A stretch of 64,000 nt of DNA from Octopus vulgaris (Eukaryota). A program made the position numbers and the translations under genes. The notes below the pieces were generated by a model. It ran no database searches and was not told the DNA's origin. It saw nothing but the letters and a program-made list of their open reading frames with translations. Location of the stretch: positions 100,874,001-100,938,000 of the forward strand of contig OX597815.1 of the NCBI GenBank assembly GCA_951406725.2, written 5' to 3'. This document shows, one piece after another, positions 29,212-42,123 of this stretch; the first letter of the stretch is position 1, and each line of letters opens with the position of its first letter.

Positions 29212-29361
29212 CTGGAAACAGAGAATAAAATGCTTAGAAGAGTAGCTGGTTATACAGGAATTTTTATATTTTTAAAGAACTTAGAAGCTTGTCAATTTAA
29301 AGCAATATCGAAAAGGGAATTATGCAATGAAAAAGGACAAATTTATAAAATAAGATTATAA

Positions 29362-29793
29362 GCAACATGGCTGTGTGGTAAGAAGTTTGCATCTCAACCA
29401 CATGACTCCGAGTTCAATCTCATTGTGTGATACCATGGGCAATTGTCTTCTACTATAGCCTCGAGCCGTCCAAAGCCTTGTGAGTGGATTCGGGAGACAG
29501 AAACTGAAAGAAGTTTGTCACACAAACACACTCACACGTGTGTGTGTGTGTGTGAATGTATGTGTATCTTTGTGTATGTATTTATCCCCCTCCACAACTT
29601 GACAGCTAGTGTTAGTGTATTCACGTGTCCGTAACTTAGCGGTTCAGGCAAAGATACAGATAGAATAAATACCAGGTTTAAAATTTTTTAAAACTGAAAA
29701 TAAGTCATGGGGTCGATTTGTTCGACTAAAATCCTTCAAGGCGTGCCCCAGCATGGCCGCAGTCAAATGATTGAAACAAGTAAAAGATAAAAG
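29362..29793 (+). mobile_element. tRNA/CORE-type SINE with internal (TG)n and LINE-like 3' tail
   Basis: TGGCTGTGTGGTAAG A-box, GAGTTCAAT B-box, TGGGCAATTGTCTTCTACTATAGCC CORE-like, tail GTGCCCCAGCATGGCCGCAG...GAAACAAGTAAAAGA. Confidence 0.8.
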
Positions 29794-30031
29794 AGTCTTT
29801 TACATTTCAGCAATTCACAAGTCTTTCCATTGTTCCGATAAAGTACGTTCCTTTAATGACTTATGGTACAGGATAACAAAAGTATTGTTTAAAAAACTAC
29901 TTACAGTATTCATTTGTTATACAATAGTATTCATTAGTTATACAAAGATTACATCGGTGGAGTCTTCGTAGCAAATAGAACACATATTGTTGCATTTACT
30001 TTTACTTTACTTCATTGTTACAATAATGGAA

Positions 30032-32591
30032 TCTATATATATAAAACTGAGAAGGTGTGTCTGTCTGTCTGTGTAAATCCCTAAAACTTGAGAACTAAGC
30101 AACCAATTTCATTCTTGCCTAGGGTGAGCCCATAGCAATATCATATCTTCTCCACTATGAATCCCTAAAACTTGAGAACTACACAACCAATTTCATTCAA
30201 ATTTTACACAGCCTTACTTAGGGTCCATGTAGTCTCATGGGCAAAACAAAATGTTTAACTTCTTGCCTAGGGCGAGCCCACAGCAATATCACATCTTCTC
30301 CACTATTTCAGTATTACGTGCTAAAAGTGAAACAAAAGCATCTCTTTGTTGTATATATAACAGTTTGCTTTGACATATGAGGGGCGTTCAATAAGTAATG
30401 CCCCTGACCCACTTCCTATAGCAGTAGAGCAACGAAACTTGGCACAGTTATTAGTCTTTTTCTACATAGGAACCACCCAGAGTTACGCATTTCTACCATC
30501 GTTTGATGCAGCTCTGGAGACCGTTTTTGTAGAAGACCCCAGCTTGGTCCTCCAACCTGAACGTGACTTCAGAAATTAAGGCTGCATCATCTGGGAAACG
30601 CTTTCCTTTCAAAAACAACTTCATGACTGGGAAGAGGTGAAAATCAGAGGGTGCAATGTCAGGAAAGATGGGGGAGGAGTTCATAGCCATACGCCTGTGC
30701 TTCTGATCTGGCGACAAGCGAGTTGTGGACCGGGGTGTTGTCCTGCAGGAGGAGGATGCCTTTGCTGATCTTGCCCTGCCTCTTGATTTTGATAACTTCT
30801 CTTAATTTCCTCAAAAGTGAAGCATAATAGGCTCCTGTAATTGTGGTACCCTTTGCCAGGAAATCTGTCATCACTACTCCGTCCTGGTCCCAGAAGACTG
30901 TGAGCATGACCTTGCCAGCGGAGGGCTGCACCCTTGCCTTCTTTGGAGGGGATGAGTCACGGTGCTTCCACTGCATTGACTGGGCTTTGGTCTCTGGATC
31001 ATCGTGATGGACCCAGGTTTCATCCTGTGTAATCAGTCTTTTGAAAAAATTTGACTCATCTTCTTGGCACATCTCCAAATTCATCCTCGAGCACTCGACG
31101 CGTTCTTGCTTCTGGAAAGGCGTGAGCAACCTGGGAATCCATCTGGCAGACACCTTTTGCATATGCAAATGGTCATGAATGATAGTTTCCACAGACCCGG
31201 TACTAATCTTGACCTCATGGGCTATTTGGCGAATAATTATGCGTCGATCTTCCAAAATGGCAGCCTCAACTTGACGGACAGATGCCTCATCAATGGCAGA
31301 AGAGGGCGACCAGATCTGGGAGCTGTTTCCACAGAGTTCCGACCATGTTTGAATTCACGATCCCAGCGTTTTACAAGGTCTTATGATGGGGCATCATCAC
31401 CATAAGTTACTTTCATTTCATCAAAAGTCTCCCGTGGTGTGCGTCCTTTCAAATACAAAAACCGGATCACTGTTCGACACTCAACAGGCTCCATTTCACA
31501 CTTAACTCAGTTCAAACACCTGTAAATCAGAAACCACAATTAGTTCAGAGCTGTAATTTGTCACTTACTCTATAGATATATATATATGATTGCACATGCA
31601 AAATTTCAGCTAGATCAAACAACTGCAAGTGGGTCAGAGGCATTACTTATTGAACGTCCCTCGTACACTTACATAGTGATTTCTGCAATGTGCTGCATAA
31701 ATTGTCAAGTAAATGAGAGGCATCTTTGCCTCCAGTGATTCAGTTGCAAAGTGTTGAGTAAAGTTATTTGATTGCAGACCTCCTTTCAGTCTTTTTATTA
31801 TCACTCGGTCACACATAGTCCCCAGATAGTAACATTGATTTCAAGGCCTTCCCAGATAAGTGACTGGTTATTCAAAGACATTTATAGATTGTAAATTTAT
31901 TCTGTCCAGTTACGTATCAGTATAGTGGTCATTTGCGAACTCCAGAGGTGACACTTTCATTTCTCCTTAGCCCTCACGTCACACAGTTGTTAGTGTTTAT
32001 TTCAGTTGGGTCACGCCCTTCCCATTGCTATAGATTCGTAATGCATCTTACGGCTGTGCCTGTCACCTGGATGATGAGGAATCCTACATTGGGTCTGGTA
32101 ACGACTAGGGTAGGGTAACTGACTGCTTATTGTGAACATTCGTCTTTTGGTTTCCTGTAGCTTTGCTCTCTTTTACAAACCCAGTGAACATATATTTCCT
32201 ATTTCAAAGAAATTCAAACAATAGATATAAGACCCAAGTTAAAAAGATTCTCAACAATTCAACTTCTCTGGTTGACATTAAGATGCCCACCCCCAACAGG
32301 GGCCTTAACTCTCACATTTTAGAGCTCCATGACCTTCATTTTTCAGGAGCAAAATCTTTTTAACAGGTTCAATAAGACTGGAATTTTGGAATATGCGCAT
32401 AAAAATCAGTAGTATGGGATACATGTGGCACGATTACAATTTTTGAGGGGGTCTGTAAAGAGGGAAATAACCCTCATCTGCAATTTTGATGAAATTCGAA
32501 ACAGATATTCCAGTTCATTAAAGAAAATATAACAGAAAAATCTAATTCTTCAATTGTATGTAACACGGGCAACGCCGGGTATCTCTGCTAG
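30032..32591 (+). mobile_element. Non-autonomous Helitron hosting a mariner
   Basis: A|TCTATATATATAAAA 5' end; GC-rich CGGGCAACGCCGGG subterminal segment followed by CTAG|T 3' end; no TSD. Confidence 0.8.
30378..31663 (-). mobile_element. Near-complete mariner transposon
   Basis: TIRs GAGGGGCGTTCAATAAGTAATGCCCCTGACCCACTT / AAGTGGGTCAGAGGCATTACTTATTGAACGTCCCTCG, TA TSD; WIPRLLT, TQDETW, QDNTPVH, PDIAPSDFHLF. Confidence 0.95.
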
Positions 32592-32758
32592 TATATTATA
32601 TATCATTAAGCTAGGTAGCTAGTTATAAAATCCCAAGAAGAGAGAGTAGTAACGTATACTAAACTGTAAATGAGTTGTCACATCAAAATGGCAGTTGAAT
32701 GTTATTACTAGTTTAAACAGGCAGAGTCTCAGCCAGCTGGTTTTCAATGCAATATAAT

Positions 32759-32897
32759 GCTAGCAGGGGAAGCGAACCTCTACTAACCTCCATCAGCTAA
32801 CAGGATCGCGAGACTGGCCCAACTAGCTCGAAACTGGGCCAGTCCTGTGATCTTGTTAGCTGATGGAGGCTAGCAGGGGTTCGCTCCCCCTGCTAGC
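32759..32897. repeat. GC-rich 63-bp-stem hairpin
   Basis: 32759-32821 vs 32835-32897 reverse-complementary, 13-nt loop. Confidence 0.9.
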
Positions 32898-33542
32898 GAT
32901 TGCTTGCACCTATAGAGGTCTCTTCATTAGTCCTTGGGCCCACCAATGACACTTCATGCATTGAGTACATATTAAATTTTATTAAACTTGAATAATATTT
33001 TTCAAGCAATGAACAATTTTCATCAAAACAATATAATTTAGAACTTATTGCAAAGCTGCATAATAAACAGCAGTGCCACTACCATCGCCACCACATCTGC
33101 CACACACACACCATTCAGTCTTTTTGTGATGGTAATGGGGTGATAGTAATAGTATGAGCTGCAGTTGTGATAGAGGCAGACGCGGCGGTGATGACGGTGG
33201 CGGTGGTGGTGGTAGCTGAGACGATTAGAGTAAGCGATGTGAAAGACGGTGGTGATGGTGGTGGAGGTGAAGTGGACAGTGATGATGGTGGAGAAGTGGA
33301 CAGTGGTGATAGTGGTGGAGGGGAAGTGGAGAGTGGTGATGGTTGAGGCGGAAAAGTCAAAGGTATTGATGGTGGTGGCGTCAGAAGTCTGAATGGTGAA
33401 TGACAGATGTGGTGGCGACGGTGGTGGTACTAAGAAAATGAATTCAGTGTTTAGTCCCTCTTTCCCTCACACACCCACTCTTTCTTTCTCTCTCTTATCA
33501 TTACACCCACTGCCACCACCAACACTACGACTTTTAATAAAA

Positions 33543-34119
33543 CATCTTTTACTCTTAGCATTTTTGAGAAAAACTTATATTTAGGAAGTTATTTCACGTT
33601 AAAGTTGTCCTATTTCGGTAATTTCAACCAATCAATGACGTGTATTCACCTGAATAAAATTACTACCGTTGTTTGTCAACAACAACTATCGGCGGTGTAT
33701 TTTTCGTTTGTCACTGTTATTTATGACATCGTTCGTGCGTTTGTACTGGTTTTAGCTTTAGGTTTTAGGGTTAGGGTGTTAGGGTTGGGGTTTTAGGGTT
33801 AGGGTTTTAGGGCTAGGGTTAAGGTTTTAGGGTTAGGATTAGGGTTTTAGGGTTAGGGTTGTCATTAATAACAGTGACAAACGAAATATACACCGCCGGA
33901 AGTTCTTGTTGACAAACAACAACAGTAATTTTATTCAGCTGAATACATGGCATTGATTACCGAAATACGACTACTTTAACGTGAAATAACTTCCTAAATA
34001 TAAGTTTTTCTCAAAAATGCTAAGAGTAAGAGATGACACATTCTACCAGTGTCCGAAGTTTGAAAGTGTTTAGTTACAAAAAATAATTTTAAAATTTGTC
34101 GGTGAAAAGGTAAAGATCC
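33543..34119. mobile_element. Merlin-type MITE/foldback with central telomeric (TTAGGG/TTTTAGGG)n
   Basis: ~180-bp inverted arms 33543-33730/33860-34035 around ~110 bp of telomeric repeats; ends AAAGATCC; shares blocks with 50585-50991. Confidence 0.7.
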
Positions 34120-34249
34120 GAAGTGTCATTGAATAGTGAGAGAGGGGGTCAAAGTGTGACACACTGACACACAGAAATTAATTTTCGCATTTATTTATAT
34201 GAGATAAAGGATGCCCGAACGTTGCATCGAAAACCAGCTGGCAGAGGGT

Positions 34250-34417
34250 TAGGCGATTACATCGACCTAAGCGTTCAACTTGTACTTAATTTATCGACCC
34301 TGAAAGGATGAAAAGCAAAGACGACTTCGGCGGAATTTGAGCTCAAAACAAAGACGGACGAAATGCCGTCAAACATTTTGCCCGACACGCTAACGATTCT
34401 GTCAGCTCACCGCCTTA

Positions 34418-34495
<78 letters not shown>
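34250..34495 (-). mobile_element. tRNA-SINE followed by (AAT)n (34418-34495)
   Basis: Same body as 12703-12915. Confidence 0.8.
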
Positions 34496-34496
<1 letters not shown>

Positions 34497-35859
34497 GTGG
34501 TGTTTTGTTCAACATCATTAAACAACCCCTATTCAGGAACCTTTTGAGTGGAGGCCAGTCAATGTTTTTTCAGGTTTCCCTCCCTTCCCTGTTCATTTCG
34601 AAAGCTGTTTTTGTATAGGACTAGATATTTATTGATACGACACTGTTTTGAGAGTGTTGCATGTCAAATCAACTAAACAGCAATAGTATACAGATACACA
34701 TGGATTTGATGAACCTGGCTCTCTATCAGGAAAAGTCTAATACAAAAGAAAGACGATAAAAACAATTAGTTGTCTTACTAATTGGACACTAAGCAAGACA
34801 AGCAGGGCAGTTTTAAAACTTCCACAATTGTGTAAATACGGTATTTAAAAAATACACAACTGTGGCAATCCGGGATTTTCAGACTGAGCTTTTTAGTGTT
34901 CCTTGCATTAATTTTTTGTTAACACTAACTTAATTTCTGTCTTTCATACAGATGATGTCTCTGGAGTATTATATTTCTCAACTAACTTGTGCTATCAGTC
35001 TATGTCATCTATTTTGTATTCATACTTGTAATCTATTACTATACTGTACTTATACAAGCGATCTAATTAATATAGCGCAACCTGCTCGTAGATTTGAAAT
35101 GAATATAACCTCAAACATAGAATAGAATTCCATATCTCTCTGAATGTACATCCAATCTGTGTTGAAGACCAGACTAAAATTTCCGAATATGCCTCGCTGC
35201 TTCTCCAGGAAATAAAACACTTTCTTCGAACCAGTTCCTAAGAAATGTCCCGGAATCAAAGATTTATGACTCAACCACGATTACCTGTTTGAAGAACAAC
35301 CTTAATTGATATCGATATCGTATGAAATATAAGGTGTTACTCACAGATAAGGCATTAATCCGGATTGGTGACATTCATACTTATGATAGAAACTAACTTA
35401 TGTTCATAATCATCCTTTTGCTATCCTGTACAATAAGTCATTAAGGGAAGGTATTCTACTGGCACAATGGAAAGACTTGTGAATTACTGAAATGTACAAG
35501 ACGTAATCAAAGTTTATATTGAAAACTAAAGACCAGTAGACTTTTACAACTGTATTAAAGAATGTCTGAGAGCCTAACATTAGATAGATATTGCTAGCCA
35601 CATATTTAGCAACAATCATTTTATTCTTTAGAACAGCAAAATTGTGAACTCTATTGGATTGCATGAAAAATTTCCAGTGATATTCGAAGAGTATCTATTT
35701 CCTCCTGTATCACTTTAGAAAATCACTAACAGATTTCAAAATATAGTGTATAAAACCACACTTAAGATGTATGATTTGTCTTCACTGTTCCGAAGATAGA
35801 GAAAGCTTTGATATATGATTATACGTTACGATGTATGTATCTACTACCAATCTATCTGC

Positions 35860-35996
<137 letters not shown>

Positions 35997-36656
35997 AGTC
36001 TGTCTTTAAGTGTGTATGTGCATGAGTGTGTGTATGTGTGTATATGTGCGTATGTGTATAGGAACGTGTACGTGCGTACGTGTATGTGTTGCGTACGTAT
36101 ATGCGTGCATGTGTGTATATGTGTTGCGTACGTATATGCGTGCATGTGTGTATATGTGTGCTTGAATGTGTATGTGAGAGAGAAAGATAAGAGAGAGGAA
36201 GGGAGGAAATGTTAACCGTAATAATCACAATTGAAATCACGTCTGTCATCAATAAGAAATCATCTGTTCTTGAAAGGATTCGTAGAAACTGGTATCTGTT
36301 AAGAAAGGGTGCTGTCAAGGAGGAGAGAACCAAGTAATGTACTTAATAAATGTTAGATATCAGATGGTAATCAAATTTAAAATTACGTAATTGTTATTAA
36401 TTGTAGAAAAGAAAAATTCTGAGCGAATCGACAGTTACAGAAATTTGATATAATTTCTAATGATGATAGTGGTTAGTTAAGACGTAGAAGTGATCAACGG
36501 CACTGTGACTAGCGGCAGTCCTGAAACAGTTCAAAGATTACATGATTTCAGACGTGAACTTGATAAGAACCAAGATGATAAAGAATTTTCTGAGAAATAC
36601 AAAAAAGAGAAAAACTTTTTAACGTCGCTTGAGATGAATAGGTGGTTAATTCGAAC

Positions 36657-37362
36657 TACTAGCATAGCTAAGGGGTGGTGGTGGTAGGGCCTGTCCACCC
36701 TGAGCGCGAAATTTTTTTCCACGAGAGTTCCGGACTCCAGTTATGAACAACTCATTCGCACACAGCCAATCAGAGCTCAACCATCAAACTAATTCATGAG
36801 CGCATAACAAGTGATGGACGATAATATAAGATCTCTTGGGTAAGGAATGATCATACTTCTTTTCTCTTTTAAGAATGCTTGTTGTTGTTCTTGTTTCAAC
36901 CATGGCTGCCTCTGTGTAGTTATTTGTGCTGTTCACTTTGTAAAGTAGCAAGGGAAGAGGGTTGCTAGCACATTACCCTCTATCCACATTTTTCCCATCT
37001 ACATCTTTACCTTATGGGGCCCTAACAAAATCCGATAATAGGTATAGATGCAAATCTATCTAATTACTTGTCTCTTTCTAAAATCAGGCATAACTTGGCG
37101 ATCGGTCGATTTACAACATCGATCTTCGTCTTGAGTTTACTTGGTAGAGTGTGTTTGTTAACCTGACAAGGTCACGAGGAGCTCTGATGGGCTGTATCCG
37201 AATGAGTTCATTACTGGGGTCCGGAACTCCCGTGGGAAAAAAAATTACAGCTCCGGGCAGCACCACTTTTGGGTCTGCTGTAGGCAATGTGCTTTTTGTG
37301 GAGTCCGGGGGGAGGCAAGCGGAAAGGCCGCCCCGGGTGGCACACACTCTAGCACGCAAGTG
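36657..37362. mobile_element. hAT-type MITE with 8-bp TSD and internal ~80-bp inverted repeat
   Basis: TSD ATTCGAAC at 36649-36656 and 37363-37370; degenerate TIR TACTAGCATAGCTA / CTAGCACGCAAGTG; internal IR 36698-36778/37179-37257. Confidence 0.75.
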
Positions 37363-38329
37363 ATTCGAACCAGACAAGTTTTCATAGCTAATAAAATATA
37401 TATGTCATTGTAAAATTTATTATTGTTAATAATTTGTAGAATAACAATGTTGGATTGAATTTTTGTTTGCTCAGAAAGTTCGGAAGTATCAATCAATTAC
37501 AAACTATGTTATACTTTGACTCAAATAGCAACGCCACAACAACGCAAATTCCTAGAAATATTTCTGACTACTATTATGAACATTTTCGGGACCGAGAATA
37601 ATTTTATATTCGTTTCTATTCCTAATTGTCATAATATTCGGTCCTTTGCACTTGAGATTGGGGTTTCGATTTCTTGAAACATTTGACCTGGGGTTTCGAT
37701 TTATTGGAACATTTGACCGGTTTAGGAGCCATCTTTTAAATTTATAAGTTAGTTGAGGAGAAAGATCAATGCCTATAACCTTTGTAGGTCCCACAGGTTG
37801 GTGATATTAATTCAGCTGACTCACAGTTAAAACAGCTGAAGGCCAGGTAAAAAAAACAAAAAAACATGGGCTGGGAGCTAAACGTGACTTCTGTATAAAT
37901 GCTTGTAAATGAATTAACTCCGTTAAAGGCTCTCGAAGCCAAAGGTAAGGAAACTAAACCTTTACGATTCTAAGTACGTCAATACTATCTTAACTTATAG
38001 CATATTTAAATATGCTATAAATATCTAAATAGTTCAATTTACTACCCTAGCTATGTTATAAATATCTAAATAGTGGTGCTATCTACTATTTTAAATATGC
38101 CACACTACATCCTAAATGAAAAGTGAAAATAAAAGTAAAATTGATGATTACAATATATATAATTTAAAGCTGTTTCACTTCCTTCTTGTTCCTTTTTTTA
38201 ATTGTTTTTGTTTTACTGGGTTAAATGTCTAAGCCTTATTTGACCAAATTCTTAGGTATATTGCCCGTTCTTTTTTTTTTTGCAAATAGGGAATATATCT
38301 TAAGGAGGCACAATCTTGACATATAGTCT

Positions 38330-38765
38330 ACATCTCTAAGTTTGGCCTTTCTCTTCAGATCTAGAAAATACATCAGCTATCAACTTCTATGAAGCTCAAG
38401 TGAGACTGATAAAGGAATACTGTTCCCACATCTAGGGCACTCTACTGCAACTCACACCGACGACCTAGATCGCATCCAAAGAAAGGTCATTTGATTGATT
38501 AGCATCACTCACAGACAAACTCCAGTTGGTTACCCATAGACGTGTTGTTCCTTCTCACGGCTCCTCGGAGCTGTCTGGTGCAATTTCTCCAAGCTTTGTC
38601 ACACTCCGTCCCAGTTGTTTGGCGCTCATTATTCAGTCCGGTCTTTCTCTTTGAATCATCGGATATACCCATCCTCTCACATATCTTTCCTGCAGTCGTT
38701 GATTTGTGAGAGTTAGAACGGAACGTTAACAACTTCAGTTCACTGGTCTCAAAAAGCTTGTTAAG
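38330..38765 (+). mobile_element. LINE 3' RT relic (Jockey/CR1-like)
   Basis: YEAQVRLIKEYCSHI*G...LDRIQRKVI. Confidence 0.55.
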
Positions 38766-39351
38766 GCCATGCACACAGCTCCTCTCTCTAGACTTAACTA
38801 TATAGAAATTAGTATAAATTCTATTTATTGTTCTTGTTTTAATACATGCATTTATACATACATACATACATTCAGACTGACATACGCATGCACAAACATT
38901 CATGTGTGTGTATGCATATACATCTATAGCAGATGCCTTCTTAAAACGAATACCGCAGTATTGTGGCTTTCTTTTAGTACATTCACGTTAAGTAAGTTTA
39001 CAGATTGTTTTTTGGTACTAATAGTGCTTTAGTTGCTAATAACGAATTTTTACCCAACTTGCCAGCTTTTTGTGACACCAGTGATTGATTTCTCATTGTT
39101 TTTCTATACATCAGTTGATACGAAAATTGTCTAAACAGGCGGTGATAGTGGATAGCTGCTACCGATGACCCACAAATGTGTTGAAATCACCTGATCTAGC
39201 AACTACACCACCACTGCTGGACACATTTCGTCTGCTATTGATATTTCTGTGTTTTTTAGCACTATACATCTAAAAGAGATATCTTCTGAAGACGACTACC
39301 ATAGTATTATACTTTTCTCTCAATATACCCTCGTTGAGTAAGATATATATA

Positions 39352-40599
39352 TTGATTTGACAAGAAAGTAATTTCGTTTTTCGCAAATAGAGAGAGTTAC
39401 GATTTTTTTGAATGACTTTTGTCAAGGTTAAGATTTTTTTCCTTTTGTCATTTGATAGCCGTTACTTTTAGCTTACTTCAGAAGCAAATTGCATGTAATT
39501 TTGTTTACAGCTGCTACTTCAGTATTAATTTTAACATGAAGAGCAAAAACGAACATGTTCATCATATTTTGCATAAAGGCAAGAAAGCTGCTGAGGCTCA
39601 CAGAGATATGTTAAGCTTATGGTGTTGATGGCTTAACAGAACGCACATGTCAGAAACGGTCAAAAAATTCCATTCTGGAGATTTTTCACTTAAAGATGAC
39701 CAATGTTCTGATCGACCTACTGAAGTTGATGATGACCGAATCAAAGCCATAATTGAATATGATTGTCATATGACTGTGCGAGATATTGCAGAGAGGTTAA
39801 ATTTATCACACACAACAATTGAAAATCACTGAAAATGTCTCGGATTCGTTAAGAAGCTCGATATTTGGGTTCGACATAAATTGAAAGAGATTCACTTAAC
39901 ACAACGAATCAATATTTGCGATATGCATCTTAAACGCAATGAAATCGACCTTTTTGTGAAATGAATAATTACTGGTGATGAAAAATGGATTGTCTACAAT
40001 AACATTAATCGAAAACGATCATGTTCCAGCACAAACCAATCGAAAGCTGAAATGCATAAAAAATAGGGCATGCTGGGATTACAAAGGTGTTGTGTATTTT
40101 GAGCTGCTTCCAAGGAACCAAACGATCAATTCATATGTTTACTGTCAACAACTAATGAAACTGGAGGATGCAATCAAAGAAAAACGGCCAGAATTGGCAA
40201 ATGATAAAGGAATTGTGTTCCACCACGACAGCGCTAGACCACACACGTCTTTGCTAACTTGTGAAAAATTATTGGAGCTTGGTTTGGAAGTGATGTCACA
40301 TCCACTATATAACCCTGACCTTGCACCATCAGATAACCATTTATTTCGAAGTTTGCAAAATTCTTTGAATGGTAAAACATTCAATAATGAGGATGACCTG
40401 AAATCACACTTGCTTCAGTTTTTGGCTGATAAGGACCAGAAGTTCTAGGAGCGCGGAATCATGAAGTTGCTAGAAAGATGGCAAAAGGTCATCGAACAAA
40501 AGAAAAAATATATAATATATTAAAGTTCATTCTTTGTATGAAAAATGAATGACTTTTATTTCACACTAAAAAACCGAAATTACTTTCTTTCCTATCCAA
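39352..40599 (+). mobile_element. Full-length decayed mariner
   Basis: TIR ..GAAAGTAATTTCG / CGAAATTACTTTC..CCAA, TA flanks; TGDEKW, HDSARPH, PDLAPSDNHLF. Confidence 0.9.
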
Positions 40600-40617
40600 T
40601 ATATATATATATATATA

Positions 40618-40802
40618 ACTTGACCGCTAAATCCACAAGTTTTTTTCTTATTCTCTCTATTTATTTTCTCTTATTCCTCTCTGTTGAAGAGCGAAGGCTC
40701 GAAACGTAAAAGACTCTCTCATTTTCCCTAGTGTCAAACTAATACACCTGCTTGTTGTTCATACACCTCTCTTCGTCCTTTGTTTTTCTGTAAATTTCAA
40801 CT
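40618..40802 (+). mobile_element. Short (TA)n-embedded repeat with degenerate hammerhead-like motif; second copy at 60918-61045 (-)
   Basis: CTGTTGAA-GAGC gaag GCTC-GAAACGTA and ACTAATACACCTGCTTGTTGTTC are shared with the reverse complement of 60918-61045. Confidence 0.6.
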
Positions 40803-40925
40803 ATATATATATATGTTCAAGTATGAATTAGAAGTACGGCAAGTGTAGTAAACATTATCGACAAGTATGTGTGGCCGATAACATACATATCATTCACGTA
40901 CACACACACACACACGCATATATAA

Positions 40926-42123
40926 TTACATGGAAAAATACGAGCAAGAGAAATAATATTCTTAAGATTATAAATCTGGAAAAGTTCAGGACAAGTTATT
41001 ACATCTAGTAAAGAACAGAAAAAGAAAATTTTTACTTAAACTACTGCAGCTAAGGTAAAATTTCAAATATTTAGATTTAGAAAATATCAGCTTTTATTAA
41101 AACAAAAAAAATTATTACAAGTTATTACTTCTATTTGTTATTACTTGTAACTTCTATTAAAAATAACTCAATAAAAATATTTTTTGCACTTTAAAAAAAT
41201 TCATTTTTTAAATTATTAATTAAAAATTAGAAATTTGAAAATAGGTTGTAAAAAATGATAGTGGAACATAATTATTTAGTACAATAAATAGAATAATAAA
41301 AAAAATTAGGAATTTCAACCGTATTTCGTGGCTTGCTACCACGACAGCTCCTTTATAGGATCCAAGTAGCTCAAGACATCATCAGGAGGAACCACCGGCC
41401 CCCACACCTCTACCGTTTTGACGTGGCGCCCCACCCTTCAGCTCTGGTGTTGGGTGCATGTCTTCTTTCTTCTGTTCCCTGGCCTCTTCGATGTAGCGTC
41501 AACGAGATTCAGCGGGCGACTGACTACCTAGTCAAATCTTTCCCTTTAAATACCTGCTGCCAGGCTCCAGCAGGCAGCCCCAACAAGTCGTCACGTGACA
41601 CTGTCTCAACTTTAACTGACCATTTTCTAAACGAGACCGTCGCCTGACAATCAGCGATGCTAATTCAGTGTTAGCTTGTCTCACCTAGTGATGTTATTTT
41701 CCTGCCAGCATGTTATGACTTTCAAGCCATTTTTGGTCTTCCCGTTTCAGCTACATACAGAAGCTGGCATTTTCGACCGTCCCCTGTACTCTCCTTTTTA
41801 GTTTTCTCAGCTCTGAGCTAGAAAAAACAAATCTTCTTTTGAATAGCGTTGTCTACAGTAAAATCTACCTATAAGAACAAATTCACAGTAAGATTTGCTT
41901 GAGTTATTGCCTAAGTTTTCACATTTTTAGTCTTGACCCTATGCCTATTTTTTACATAATGAATTTTTTTAAAGTATTCTAGTGTGTCAATATTTTAACA
42001 AAATGATGGTACCAGATATAATATCTTGTCCGGAATTTTTCCAAGTGTAATAACCTGTCCTGTATTTTTCCACATTTATAATCTTAAGAATATTATTTCT
42101 CTTGCTCGTATTTTTCCATGTAA
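40926..42123. mobile_element. Non-coding element with ~78-bp terminal inverted repeats (possibly a Crypton-type MITE)
   Basis: TTACATGGAAAAATACGAGCAAGAGAAATAATATTCTTAAGATTATAAAT at 40926 inverted at 42046-42123; no clear TSD. Confidence 0.65.

Noticed and set aside
33115-33430. Pro/Ser/Thr-rich ORF
   Set aside because: Low-complexity (GGT/GAT)n tract
33730-33859. Chromosome-fusion telomere scar
   Set aside because: Repeats are in one orientation and sit inside a MITE's inverted arms
39286-39312. CTGAAGA-CGACTA..TAGT motif
   Set aside because: 3' core missing
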